Below are positions 34,493 to 43,795 of a DNA stretch of 64,000 nucleotides, one piece after another. The DNA is taken from positions 1 through 64,000 of the IMG/VR virus record IMGVR_UViG_3300045988_138690; one strand, written 5' to 3'. The notes below the pieces were generated by a model. It saw only the letters and a list, made by a program, of their open reading frames with translations, made no database searches and was not told where the DNA came from. A program made the position numbers and the translations under genes. Each line of letters starts with the position of its first letter. The stretch's first letter is position 1. The DNA comes from a virus.

Positions 34493-34500
34493 TATATTTG
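34493..34500 (+). promoter_or_regulatory. -7 box TATATTTG upstream of the distal tail genes
   Basis: Exact TAnnTTTG. Confidence 0.5.
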
Positions 34501-34537
34501 CAATGAGTAATCCATAATATAAGCTACATAAAGCCGT

Positions 34538-34592
34538 AAGAGCTTGGAATGGTACAATATATATTATTGTTCCCGTTTCAGGCTCTTTTTTT
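34538..34592 (+). terminator. promoter-proximal intrinsic terminator, + strand specific
   Basis: 12-bp stem AAGAGCTTGGAA 34538-34549 / TTTCAGGCTCTT 34576-34587. Its two G-U pairs would be C-A mismatches on the other strand. T-run 34586-34592. The hairpin ends 11 nt before the Dit ATG. Confidence 0.55.
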
Positions 34593-34602
34593 ATCAAAGG
34601 AA

Positions 34603-35115
34603 ATGAACGAACCGTATTCCATATTATTCCAGAAGATGAAGTCGGGTGCACCCGTTAAAGACCTTTTCGATAATTTCGGGATGGTGTGTACAGATTTCCC
34701 GTTGCCTTCTCCGGGTGATGTAAAAGACTTGCCAAAGCGTGACTGGGCAGAAGAAGACGGTGAAGATACCTTTATTCCGGATACTTTACCTCTAAAAGCG
34801 TATGACATTAAAATAAGTGTATGCTACGAGGGAACAAAAGGCACGGCTATGGATAAGTTGGAGATGTTGCTTGACTATCTTACTGGAGAGGATAATTATG
34901 GTTCACGGTTGAAGATATACAATGCCAAGACCCATACGGGAAGGCAGGACGTATATCTGACGAAAATAAGCGATACGGAATTGTGGCAAGGATACGATAG
35001 TGAAATTCTTGAGTTTAATATGGAGCTGCATATGTGTGATCCGAAAACAAGGATTATCCCAAGTTATAAGACAGGTAGCAGTACAGTTGTTGAAAATTTG
35101 GTTGTAAGGAGTTGA
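34603..35115 (+). CDS. distal tail protein (Dit-like)
   Basis: 170 aa, directly upstream of the Tal/fibre gene. N-terminal pattern DFPLPSPGDVKDLPKRDWAEEDGEDTFIPD, as in siphovirus tail component proteins. Confidence 0.55.
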   Translation: MNEPYSILFQKMKSGAPVKDLFDNFGMVCTDFPLPSPGDVKDLPKRDWAEEDGEDTFIPDTLPLKAYDIKISVCYEGTKGTAMDKLEMLLDYLTGEDNYGSRLKIYNAKTHTGRQDVYLTKISDTELWQGYDSEILEFNMELHMCDPKTRIIPSYKTGSSTVVENLVVRS

Positions 35116-35119
35116 CGAT

Positions 35120-38100
35120 ATGGGTTGGATAGTATATAGTAAAGACGGACAAACTGAAAGATGTGTACTACACAAGCTTGAATACAACGGAACTTTTATG
35201 GGTGAACGCACCGTATCTGCTACATTGTCCTCTGAAAAAAAAATAGAATTCAATATATTTGACTACATTGAATACAGAGGGGAACGTTTCGAGCTCGACC
35301 TACTTCCTACCGTAAAGAAGATATCAAGTAATAATTATAGTTATGATCTTCGTTTTGTATCGTTGAAATATGAGCTTGAACGATGTATGATGAGAGACAT
35401 AGTTCCTAACGACAACGGAATAGTTTATCCTACTCCTCTGACTATTGAATTTACTGGAACAGTCAAATACCTTACTGAGAGGATACAGGCATGCCTTGAT
35501 GTCATGTATGGAAAGGGAGTATGGAGCATTATCATTGCAGAAGGCACGGAAAGCGAAGAAAAAAGTATCTCAATGAGTAACCAAAACTGTTGGGATGCCC
35601 TTTCTCTTGTAAACACGGAATATAAGCTTAATTATTTTGTAAAAGGAAGAAACGTCACTATCGGCGGTGAGGAGCCTGTGGTTGACAATGTATTTGAGTA
35701 CGGTAAAGGAAAAGGGTTATATGAGATAGAAAGAATTTCCGATTCATACACAGGAGTAGTAACAAAGCTTCGCGCATACGGTGGAACAAGAAACCTTGAC
35801 TACAGCTACCCTAAGCTTCCCGAATGGAAGGATAGCGTTCTTCCAGCCAACTATGCCTTATCTCCTTTGCGTCTTATGCTACCAAGCTTTAAGACTGACG
35901 GAGTCACTGATTTTGTATTGGCTTCTGATGAAGCAATTGCTAAATATGGCATTCGTGAAGGTGTAATAACCTACGATGATATTTACCCTTCTATTACAGG
36001 AATGAAGAATTCGTCAGGACAGGCAATTGACGAAATAAAAAGCGTAAGCGCTATAACGAGCGATACTCAACCAACCTTTACTGTAGGATTGTATGATTTA
36101 GGATTTGATCTAAGTGAGAGTATTACTACCGATGAGGCGCAGCTTTCCATGAAATCCGGAGCGTTACAAGGATATACTTTCAATATAACCAAGATAGATA
36201 AGTCTTCGGACGGTAGCTATATCCTTACGCTTGGGAGAAATACTCTCGAAGAAGGAGACACTGGGAATTTTACCGTTCCCAACAAGGATTGGAACATGAA
36301 ATCCGGTGATAAATTTGTGCTTCTCAATATCCTCATGCCTCAAGAGTACATACGGAATGCCGAGAACAGACTTCTTTCAAGGGCGAAAGAGTATCTTGCC
36401 AAATACAGTAGTACGAATTATTCCTACAACATTGGCATGGATGAAATTTTCATGGCAAGAAACGTAAACTTCTATAATGATATTATGGAAGGGAAACGAC
36501 TTACAGTAAACGATAAAGAAATAGGAATAAATAATGAAAATATAATTATCCAGTCTCTTACGATAAATGAAGGGAAAGGAATAATTCCGACATTTGAGGT
36601 TACGCTTAACAATGAACCAACAGCAAGTACCCTTGATAGGATACAAGGTCAAATAAGCGAAGTAGAAGCAAGCGTAAACAATAAGTTCTCTTCTGATAGC
36701 GAACTTGCTAGACAATACAGAAAGAAGCTCGACAAGTCCGTGTGGGACAGCGTTTTTAAAATACACTACGATAATGCGGAAGCTCCTGAAAAGATAACAT
36801 CCTTAGAGGTGTTAGTGGGTCTTTGGACGGATAAATGGATTTCTGCAAAAGGTATTGACGAGGGTTCCGGCAGTAGCGGTGAAGGCGGTGCATCCGCATT
36901 GTACCAATTGAACGACGTATCCAAGAATGCGGCAGGTAATGGTGTCCTTGGTGCTGAAAAGAATTCCCTTCTCGCTTATGACGGCACGCACTGGTACGGA
37001 ATACCCCAATCTGCCATATCCCCCGATTTGGCGGGCTATGCAAAAGAGGAATGGGTCACTTCGCAATTGTCGGGATACGCCACTGTGGAAAGCCTGAATA
37101 CCGTATCCGACAGGCTGAATGACTTTCTTGTTGGCACCGACACGGACAACATCATCAACAAATGGAAAGAGCTTGAGAATTTCCTTTCCGGTTTTACGGA
37201 AACCGATACCCTTGCCGGGGCGTTGGGTAACAAGGCTGACAAATCCACCAAGGTAATAGCAGGTGCCGGTCTGATCGGTGGCGGTGATTTGTCTTCAAAC
37301 ATAACGTTCGCCCTTCCCGCTACCGGGGTGTCTGCCGGAACTTATTCTAAGGTAACGGTTGATGTATATGGCAGGGTTACTTCGGGCGCTTCATTATCGG
37401 TGGATGATATTCCTTCCTTATCCATAAGCAAGATAACAGGCTTGCAGGACGTACTTGACAACAAGCTTGATAAGAAAGACTTCACAGACTTGTTCGAGCG
37501 GATAAACATCGGCACTGATGCATCCCCTAAATATGCAATCCATGCGAAATACGGGCTTTATGCCGATTGGCTATCGGCAAAGGGCGTTGACGAGGGTTCC
37601 GGAAGTGGCGGGTTGGATGAGACTGAGCTGTGGTCTATTCTTGGGAATTCAGGTAATGAACAGATATCATTAACGCACTTGACGGAGGCATTGTCCGGTT
37701 ACGCCACGCAGGACTGGGTGACCGGGCAGCTCTCCGGTGTTGGCGGTGGCTCGGTAGACGGCATTATCCTTAACGGCAAGACATATTCCCCTGACGAGGA
37801 AACGAAGCTTATTACGTTGCCGGATTATCCTACATCCATGGACTGGGGAAGCATTACCAATACACCTTCTACATTGGCAGGATATGGTATTACCGATGCT
37901 TACACCAAAGCGGAGTCTAACGCTAACTATGTTATAAAGTCTGGCGACACAATGACAGGTGATTTGAATGTCAGAGGTCAGTTACATGCAGGTGATGAAC
38001 AGTTTGTAGCTACCTTGTTATACACTTTTATCGGAAAGGAAAAAGGTATTTATTTTTCTAATGACGCAAATAATGACTTGTTATATGTAAATACTCATTA

Positions 38101-40216
38101 TAACAGGGTTCACAAATCTGGTTCTTTTACTATAAACGAAAAAACAGGAGTAATAGTATTTTCTAATAATCCTATTATTAGAAGTACCACCAATGCATAT
38201 TGTAAATTAGAAATATCTGGCAATTCTAAAGGAGAATTTGGGGCTATCTCATCAGGTATATACTTATATAATTCAGTACGTGCTAATTTTTTATGGTATC
38301 GTGACGATGGCTCTTTGACCTTTGAAGGTAAAAAAATCCTTCATGAAGGCAACTATTCAGGAGTATTGGATAATCGTTATGTCCTCAAGTCGGGGGATAC
38401 GATAACGGGAGATTTACATTTTAGCAGCAATACAAAGATTTATTTTAACAATAACGAAAATTTTAGTATTGGTTCTAATGGTAGTGTTGGTACATATTTA
38501 AAATACGGATCCAATATACTAAGAGTAACAAGTGACCACCCATACTACAATAACGATAAGATTTGGCACGCAGGCAACGACGGTTCAGGTTCGGGTCTGA
38601 ATGCGGATTTGTTGGACGGATTTCATAAAGGAGACATATACGGTGCTGTAGATCATAATAATGATTTAAATAACGTTATTGCTAAAAGCGACGGTATAGC
38701 ATGGATTGGTTATCCGTATGCAGGAAGTGAGTCAATTCTTAATCAGCCATTAGGAAATAATGTAACTGATGCCCGTGGAGTAATGACATTTTATAATTAT
38801 TACCCGCTTCAAATGTCATGGAGATATAATGATGCATCAAGTTTTTGGATGAGGACTAGATATAACGGTGTATGGAATAGCTGGTATGAAGTAGCTTTCA
38901 CTAACGGGAATATAGCATCCGCCACAAGGCTGCAAACGCCACGTACTATTTGGGGGCAATCATTTGACGGTACAAGCAATATCAGCGGGTGGTTATCAGG
39001 AGCTACCACAATAGAATGCTCTACTGGTGTAAGAAGCAGAACGATATGTATTGAAACTGAAAGTGATGGTACTGCCGGAAGTAGAGGTAGTGAGATAAAT
39101 TGTTTTATTTCTCCTTTGTATTTACAGTACGCAACATCTTATGGCGTAATAATGTGTAACGGCGGTGGCAACGTAGGAATAGGAACTGTTTCGCCAGGTT
39201 ATAAACTCCATGTTAACGGAGACATTTTAGCTAATGGATATATACATAGTGTAAACAATGGCGTATCCAGTTCCTTTGGTGCGCAAAATTCAAGTTACTG
39301 CCATATAAGCACTAATGCTCCTGCGTTTTGGTTTAGTAGCGAATTAAGAATAAACGGAAGTATTCTTCCGTATGAAGGTAGTCACTGGATAGGTACTGAA
39401 GATAGTCCTTGGGGATATGTATTCAGTAATGGATGGTTCAGATCATTGGGTAACACTGGATGGTATAATCAGACATATAGCGGCGGCATCTACATGACTG
39501 ACAGCACTTATGTAAGGGTATACAGTAAGGAATGGTTCAGGTCTGACATGTATTCTGCCGGAAGTGGTGGATACCAAGATGATGCGTACAGTGCGGCTTA
39601 TAACGCATGTGTTAGTAGTGGTGATAGTTATTGCTGTTATTCCTTCGTTCGTTATGGAGTAAGACCTTTCGGTATTGGATTTAATACCGATAACGAGATA
39701 TGGCTTGGCACTCCTAATACAAACAGGACAGCCGCTGCACAATGGCTGCACATAAATTCCTCCGGTGTATGGACTAACGGGTATATGACAGCCAAAGAAA
39801 CATCCGACAGACGTTTAAAGAAAGATTTCGACTACCATGTGGACTACCAGCAGCGCATACTCGATCTCGGAAAGATAGTTGACTTCAACTATAACGAGAA
39901 AGCTCTTACAAGAAGTGTCGGTTATGCGGACGACAAGCGCCACACCTCTGTAATCTATCAGGACGCTTTGAAGGCAAATATTACGGGTTTCTGCATGGAG
40001 GCTGATGATGGTTACGGGGTAATCAATCCGATATGTCCCGACCTCATATTTACGGCTATCGGTGCAATCCAGATGAATATCATGGGACTACGGGACATTG
40101 CCGGAAGGACGGAGACTCTTGAAGAGAAGGTTGCCCGCCTTGATAAGGAGAATAAAAAAATGAAGTCCACTATAAATAAGTTGAAATCAATAATACGTAA
40201 TACAGGTGCGTTATGA
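35120..40216 (+). CDS. tail-associated (Tal-like) protein fused to a long fibre and a C-terminal S74-type intramolecular chaperone
   Basis: The N-terminus LEYNGTFMGERTVSATL...YIEYRGERFEL resembles prophage-tail N-domains. There are internal repeats WISAKGIDEGSGS / WLSAKGVDEGSGS. The C-terminal domain from nt 39800 starts TSDRRLKKDF (the S-D-x-x-x-K autocleavage motif) and ends in a coiled coil. Confidence 0.8.
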   Translation: MGWIVYSKDGQTERCVLHKLEYNGTFMGERTVSATLSSEKKIEFNIFDYIEYRGERFELDLLPTVKKISSNNYSYDLRFVSLKYELERCMMRDIVPNDNGIVYPTPLTIEFTGTVKYLTERIQACLDVMYGKGVWSIIIAEGTESEEKSISMSNQNCWDALSLVNTEYKLNYFVKGRNVTIGGEEPVVDNVFEYGKGKGLYEIERISDSYTGVVTKLRAYGGTRNLDYSYPKLPEWKDSVLPANYALSPLRLMLPSFKTDGVTDFVLASDEAIAKYGIREGVITYDDIYPSITGMKNSSGQAIDEIKSVSAITSDTQPTFTVGLYDLGFDLSESITTDEAQLSMKSGALQGYTFNITKIDKSSDGSYILTLGRNTLEEGDTGNFTVPNKDWNMKSGDKFVLLNILMPQEYIRNAENRLLSRAKEYLAKYSSTNYSYNIGMDEIFMARNVNFYNDIMEGKRLTVNDKEIGINNENIIIQSLTINEGKGIIPTFEVTLNNEPTASTLDRIQGQISEVEASVNNKFSSDSELARQYRKKLDKSVWDSVFKIHYDNAEAPEKITSLEVLVGLWTDKWISAKGIDEGSGSSGEGGASALYQLNDVSKNAAGNGVLGAEKNSLLAYDGTHWYGIPQSAISPDLAGYAKEEWVTSQLSGYATVESLNTVSDRLNDFLVGTDTDNIINKWKELENFLSGFTETDTLAGALGNKADKSTKVIAGAGLIGGGDLSSNITFALPATGVSAGTYSKVTVDVYGRVTSGASLSVDDIPSLSISKITGLQDVLDNKLDKKDFTDLFERINIGTDASPKYAIHAKYGLYADWLSAKGVDEGSGSGGLDETELWSILGNSGNEQISLTHLTEALSGYATQDWVTGQLSGVGGGSVDGIILNGKTYSPDEETKLITLPDYPTSMDWGSITNTPSTLAGYGITDAYTKAESNANYVIKSGDTMTGDLNVRGQLHAGDEQFVATLLYTFIGKEKGIYFSNDANNDLLYVNTHYNRVHKSGSFTINEKTGVIVFSNNPIIRSTTNAYCKLEISGNSKGEFGAISSGIYLYNSVRANFLWYRDDGSLTFEGKKILHEGNYSGVLDNRYVLKSGDTITGDLHFSSNTKIYFNNNENFSIGSNGSVGTYLKYGSNILRVTSDHPYYNNDKIWHAGNDGSGSGLNADLLDGFHKGDIYGAVDHNNDLNNVIAKSDGIAWIGYPYAGSESILNQPLGNNVTDARGVMTFYNYYPLQMSWRYNDASSFWMRTRYNGVWNSWYEVAFTNGNIASATRLQTPRTIWGQSFDGTSNISGWLSGATTIECSTGVRSRTICIETESDGTAGSRGSEINCFISPLYLQYATSYGVIMCNGGGNVGIGTVSPGYKLHVNGDILANGYIHSVNNGVSSSFGAQNSSYCHISTNAPAFWFSSELRINGSILPYEGSHWIGTEDSPWGYVFSNGWFRSLGNTGWYNQTYSGGIYMTDSTYVRVYSKEWFRSDMYSAGSGGYQDDAYSAAYNACVSSGDSYCCYSFVRYGVRPFGIGFNTDNEIWLGTPNTNRTAAAQWLHINSSGVWTNGYMTAKETSDRRLKKDFDYHVDYQQRILDLGKIVDFNYNEKALTRSVGYADDKRHTSVIYQDALKANITGFCMEADDGYGVINPICPDLIFTAIGAIQMNIMGLRDIAGRTETLEEKVARLDKENKKMKSTINKLKSIIRNTGAL

Positions 40217-41316
40217 GTCATAGTAATGGAATAATAAGTGAGCCTATAAATTTTTCCGACCCCTACATAGTTACAGGTACAGGGAAATATAACGGTGGGT
40301 ATGACGTTGGTTATATCTGCTCAAATGCCCATGGCAGGACTGTCATGTGGGCGAAGAATAAGCCTATGCGCAATAGCAAGATGGAAGACTTGACAAACGA
40401 AGAAAAACGTATAGGGAAATATGGGCTTCTCATTCCTGAAAGCAGTCTTAATGGCGCATATCAATATCTTCCTCCCCGTGGAGGTGACAGTGAACCGTAT
40501 CGTATCACAGATTGGATAGGCTATAACCACAACTCCCCGTGTTTCATCAGGGTTGATTTCCCTGAACACATGTACCTTAACCAGTGGAATACCATTAACG
40601 TGTGGCTTGACAGCAGGGCTAGTGGCAATTTCAACGACAAGGCGATCAGCATATTGGACTTGTTCCATGACACGGACTATTATATCAGCCTTGTGGTACA
40701 GGGTGCAGAGGGGCGGGTTGTCGTGCTGACAGATCCGACACCTATTAAAACCCTTTGCGGTGAAAACGGTCAGAAACTCGTTACCTTCAACGTGGGGAAT
40801 TCCGATTTCACGGATATGCACACTACAGCCAAATTCTACGTGGTTGCCAATTCAAGCAACAGTACTGATTATAATGTAAATACCATGCACAGTTTGGAAG
40901 CCGTTCCCGGGTTAAGCTGGCGTGAATATTCTTTGGAAAAATACGAAGAACCCAAGCTCAAACTCATCAGCGGTAAGTTTGATTATTATGTGGATGATAC
41001 CGAATACGAGTTCTACGCACGAGGATGTACGCTTGTACTTGACAGCCCGTACACCGTTGACAAGCAGGTATCATTCGTATGCAAGGCAAACGTGTCATAC
41101 GACAACATGGAAGGCGGTGGGGGTCATGAAATGTTCGGTGGCGTTTTCACCGTCAAGCCGGGACGGAATACGGTTACTATAGCTTCCACCCCGGTAGACT
41201 ACAGTATCCGGCTTGATAGTTCGGGTACGGACATCGACATGTATGTGAACTATTCCATAGCGCAGTCCCCTGAATATCATGAGTATTTCTACAGGGAGTT
41301 TTACAGGTATGAATAA
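40213..41316 (+). CDS. fibre-adjacent protein, paralog A
   Basis: N-terminal SNGIISEPINFSDPYIVTGTGKYNGGYDVGYICSNAHGRTVMWAKNKPMRNSK...YLPPRGG...YRITDWIGYNH aligns with 41944..43089. Confidence 0.65.
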   Translation: MSHSNGIISEPINFSDPYIVTGTGKYNGGYDVGYICSNAHGRTVMWAKNKPMRNSKMEDLTNEEKRIGKYGLLIPESSLNGAYQYLPPRGGDSEPYRITDWIGYNHNSPCFIRVDFPEHMYLNQWNTINVWLDSRASGNFNDKAISILDLFHDTDYYISLVVQGAEGRVVVLTDPTPIKTLCGENGQKLVTFNVGNSDFTDMHTTAKFYVVANSSNSTDYNVNTMHSLEAVPGLSWREYSLEKYEEPKLKLISGKFDYYVDDTEYEFYARGCTLVLDSPYTVDKQVSFVCKANVSYDNMEGGGGHEMFGGVFTVKPGRNTVTIASTPVDYSIRLDSSGTDIDMYVNYSIAQSPEYHEYFYREFYRYE

Positions 41317-41330
41317 TTAAAAACAATTAT

Positions 41331-41720
41331 ATGGAAAAGATCAGATCATTATCGGACAAACGCCTTATCGTGGAATGCACGGTTAACGGCAGGCAAGGCA
41401 ATTTCCTTGTTGACACGGGTGCGTCGGTAGGCTTGATAGCCGAAGACAGGGTAAGGAAGTTCGGGTTGCTTGAAGGCAGGCGTTATCCCGGTACGCTCAT
41501 CGGTGCCGGAGGTGAAATAAGTGGCGTGCGTTATTGCAACACGTTTGCCAACCTGAAAGGAAAGGACATCCCCCAGTTCCTTATTGCCGACATCTCAGCG
41601 GTGAGGGAAAGCATAAGGAGGGAGACGGGAGTCGAGATACTTGGCATAATATCATTGCCGCAGATGAAGATTGCAGGAATGCAAGTCGACGCGAACGATA
41701 ACCTTATAATAATTGAGTGA
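41331..41720 (+). CDS. retropepsin-like (clan AA) aspartic protease, single lobe
   Basis: FLVDTGASVGLI carries the D-T-G-A active-site motif. The C-terminal VEILGIISLPQM is a second family hallmark. 129 aa fits a homodimeric protease. Confidence 0.65.
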   Translation: MEKIRSLSDKRLIVECTVNGRQGNFLVDTGASVGLIAEDRVRKFGLLEGRRYPGTLIGAGGEISGVRYCNTFANLKGKDIPQFLIADISAVRESIRRETGVEILGIISLPQMKIAGMQVDANDNLIIIE

Positions 41721-41783
41721 TATGGAAAGAGAGAAAGCAGACCTGCTCATATCAGGAAACCTTATTTGTAAACAAATGTTAAC

Positions 41784-41791
41784 GGGGGGGG
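41784..41791. repeat. G8 homopolymer
   Basis: ACGGGGGGGGTA at 41782-41793 is identical to the 12-mer at 10872-10883. It lies inside a 33-codon ORF (41722..41823) upstream of paralog B. Confidence 0.9.
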
Positions 41792-41943
41792 TAAAATCCA
41801 CCCTTGTAAAAAAGAGAAATTAAATGAGTACTTCGATGTTGGGGATGCGCTACATATTGACGGTGATGTTGTTGTTGACAGTTTCGACAGCAAAGGCTAT
41901 AACGTCGTCGTTACTGGTGCCGTTGTGGCACAAGGAGGTGGTT

Positions 41944-43089
41944 ATGGGCTATAGCAACGGGACTATAACCGCACCTGTATCCGCTTCCGATCCGTACGCC
42001 GTACTTGGAGTTGGCAAATACAATGACGGATATGATTGGGGGTATATATGCAGCAACCGGCACGGTAAAACCAACATGTGGAGCAAATTTAAGCCTGTTA
42101 GGTATAGCAAGCCTGATGATCTGTCTTTTGAAGACCGGAAGTATAAGGGATTTGGCTTTGAGATAATGCCACCGCAGGAGGATGCCATTCGTGCGAATGC
42201 CCAAAAATATGCGTATCTTGCTCCAAGGGGAGGGCAATTTAATGAATGGTTCAGGATTACCGACTGGATAGGTTACAATCATTATGCCCGACCGCCGTTA
42301 GACATGAATAGCAGCCATTTCCCCGATTATTGGGATTTCGACGAAACGGACACTGTCACTGTTGAAATGTTGGGCAACTGGGACGCGTCTGAAATGGAGT
42401 TCAGCGATTTTGGATCATTGGGAGAGTATTACCCTGCAATCTGTGTCATAGACCGTAACAACCCGCAAAATTACCAGTGGAAGACCGGGTTGGAACGGTT
42501 CAAGGAACATGGTATGCTGCCTATCGGTCTGTTCAGTTATGAGAGCATGTTCTTGTCCGATTACGTGGAATATTTCATAGTGGCGGCACGCGATTATAAG
42601 GAAACGTTCGAGGAGGAGAAATCAACCGTTTTCCTGCCTATCCCGTCACTGGAAGGGCAAACATTTCACATAAATGTTTATAACTGGCAAGCAAAAGCTC
42701 CTACGGTTAACCTGTACAAGATTGTTTGGAATGGCAATGAGCACAATTACGAGGCTCCTCCAAGCTCTATCAGTGTCGGAAGTGTCCGTGACTTCAAGCT
42801 AGGGTTTATATGGGAGATCACCAACAATAATGACCAGCCGCTTTATATCGAGCCGGAAAGCATAATGATACATGCAAGGGAAAGCAACGGGCGTTTTGAA
42901 GCGTGGTTCTACAGCTCTCATCTTGATACGGCAACGATTGATCCGGGTGAGACGTGGACGTGGCAAATGGAGTTTGACAATACGTACACCATCAGTGACT
43001 ACGAAGGTTATTACGATATAGCTGCGACATTCTATTATAACGATAATAATTTATGGGATAATTCCTTTAATGTATATGGAGGATATTGA
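41944..43089 (+). CDS. fibre-adjacent protein, paralog B
   Basis: The start MGYSNGTITAPVSASDPYAVLGVGKYNDGYDWGYICSNRHGKTNMWSKFKPVRYSK aligns residue for residue with the start of 40213..41316. AGGAGG lies upstream of the ATG at 41944. The track start at 41824 would add a 40-aa hydrophobic extension. Confidence 0.6.
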   Translation: MGYSNGTITAPVSASDPYAVLGVGKYNDGYDWGYICSNRHGKTNMWSKFKPVRYSKPDDLSFEDRKYKGFGFEIMPPQEDAIRANAQKYAYLAPRGGQFNEWFRITDWIGYNHYARPPLDMNSSHFPDYWDFDETDTVTVEMLGNWDASEMEFSDFGSLGEYYPAICVIDRNNPQNYQWKTGLERFKEHGMLPIGLFSYESMFLSDYVEYFIVAARDYKETFEEEKSTVFLPIPSLEGQTFHINVYNWQAKAPTVNLYKIVWNGNEHNYEAPPSSISVGSVRDFKLGFIWEITNNNDQPLYIEPESIMIHARESNGRFEAWFYSSHLDTATIDPGETWTWQMEFDNTYTISDYEGYYDIAATFYYNDNNLWDNSFNVYGGY

Positions 43090-43112
43090 TTATTAACTAA
43101 ATAAAAACAATT

Positions 43113-43448
43113 ATGGAAGCAATTCAAGTAAACGTAAATCAAGGTACTCTGTTAAGAAGTACGTTCAAAAATTCGACAATCACCTCATCCAACATCAAGT
43201 TGATGGGCGACGAGCTTGTCATGGAAGGTAACAAAGTGGTAATGTACAAGGGAAGTGTGCGCAAGTCTGATGAAACGGTTATCGGCACGTTCAGTTACAA
43301 CAATGGATACAGCAGTATAGGTGGACCGGCAGGCGAGGGATACCGTTGCGAGGTTCTTGTAAATAAGGAAGAGGGTGCGGTTCTACAGGTAGAAGCCACC
43401 AACACCCTTCTCGTGGGTATCGGCAAGTTGCAGGAAACTAATGTATAA
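43113..43448 (+). CDS. hypothetical protein
   Basis: ORF track 111 aa. Confidence 0.55.
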   Translation: MEAIQVNVNQGTLLRSTFKNSTITSSNIKLMGDELVMEGNKVVMYKGSVRKSDETVIGTFSYNNGYSSIGGPAGEGYRCEVLVNKEEGAVLQVEATNTLLVGIGKLQETNV

Positions 43449-43468
43449 CAATTAAAACAATAACTATC

Positions 43469-43795
43469 ATGGAAAATAAAGAAAAGAAAGCAGAAGAAAA
43501 GAAAGTAGTTGACTTCACAGGCGTGGAGATTGAGAATATTGACGGGTCTAAAGAAAAGGTATGCCTTGTGGAAGAAGGTAAGGACGTGGTTGTCGGAATT
43601 ATTGTAAAGCAATTTGCCAATACTGTTTATTCGCAGTCCAAAGACATAGGCGAAGTGGAATTAGCCCGTACCATCTACAAGACGGGGAAGGCTGAAATGG
43701 ACAAATCACAGGCAAGCGCCTTGAAAAAGTATGCGGAAAACTACCCATACGTGTTGCGTACTGCCATAGAAAGTGCTTTTGACGTGTTCGACTAA
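43469..43795 (+). CDS. hypothetical protein
   Basis: ORF track 108 aa; followed by the hairpin CCCGTC ... GACGGG at about 43806-43833. Confidence 0.55.
   Translation: MENKEKKAEEKKVVDFTGVEIENIDGSKEKVCLVEEGKDVVVGIIVKQFANTVYSQSKDIGEVELARTIYKTGKAEMDKSQASALKKYAENYPYVLRTAIESAFDVFD

Noticed and set aside
41824-41943. N-terminal 40-aa hydrophobic extension (signal-peptide-like) for fibre-adjacent paralog B
   Set aside because: Paralog A aligns from its first residue with the internal Met at 41944, which also has AGGAGG upstream. The extension is therefore probably not translated. A secreted variant cannot be excluded.
35120-43089. Diversity-generating retroelement targeting the fibre genes
   Set aside because: No reverse transcriptase ORF exists anywhere in the window. 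I found no long template/variable repeat pair with adenine-specific differences. The internal repeats in the fibre are short protein-module duplications.
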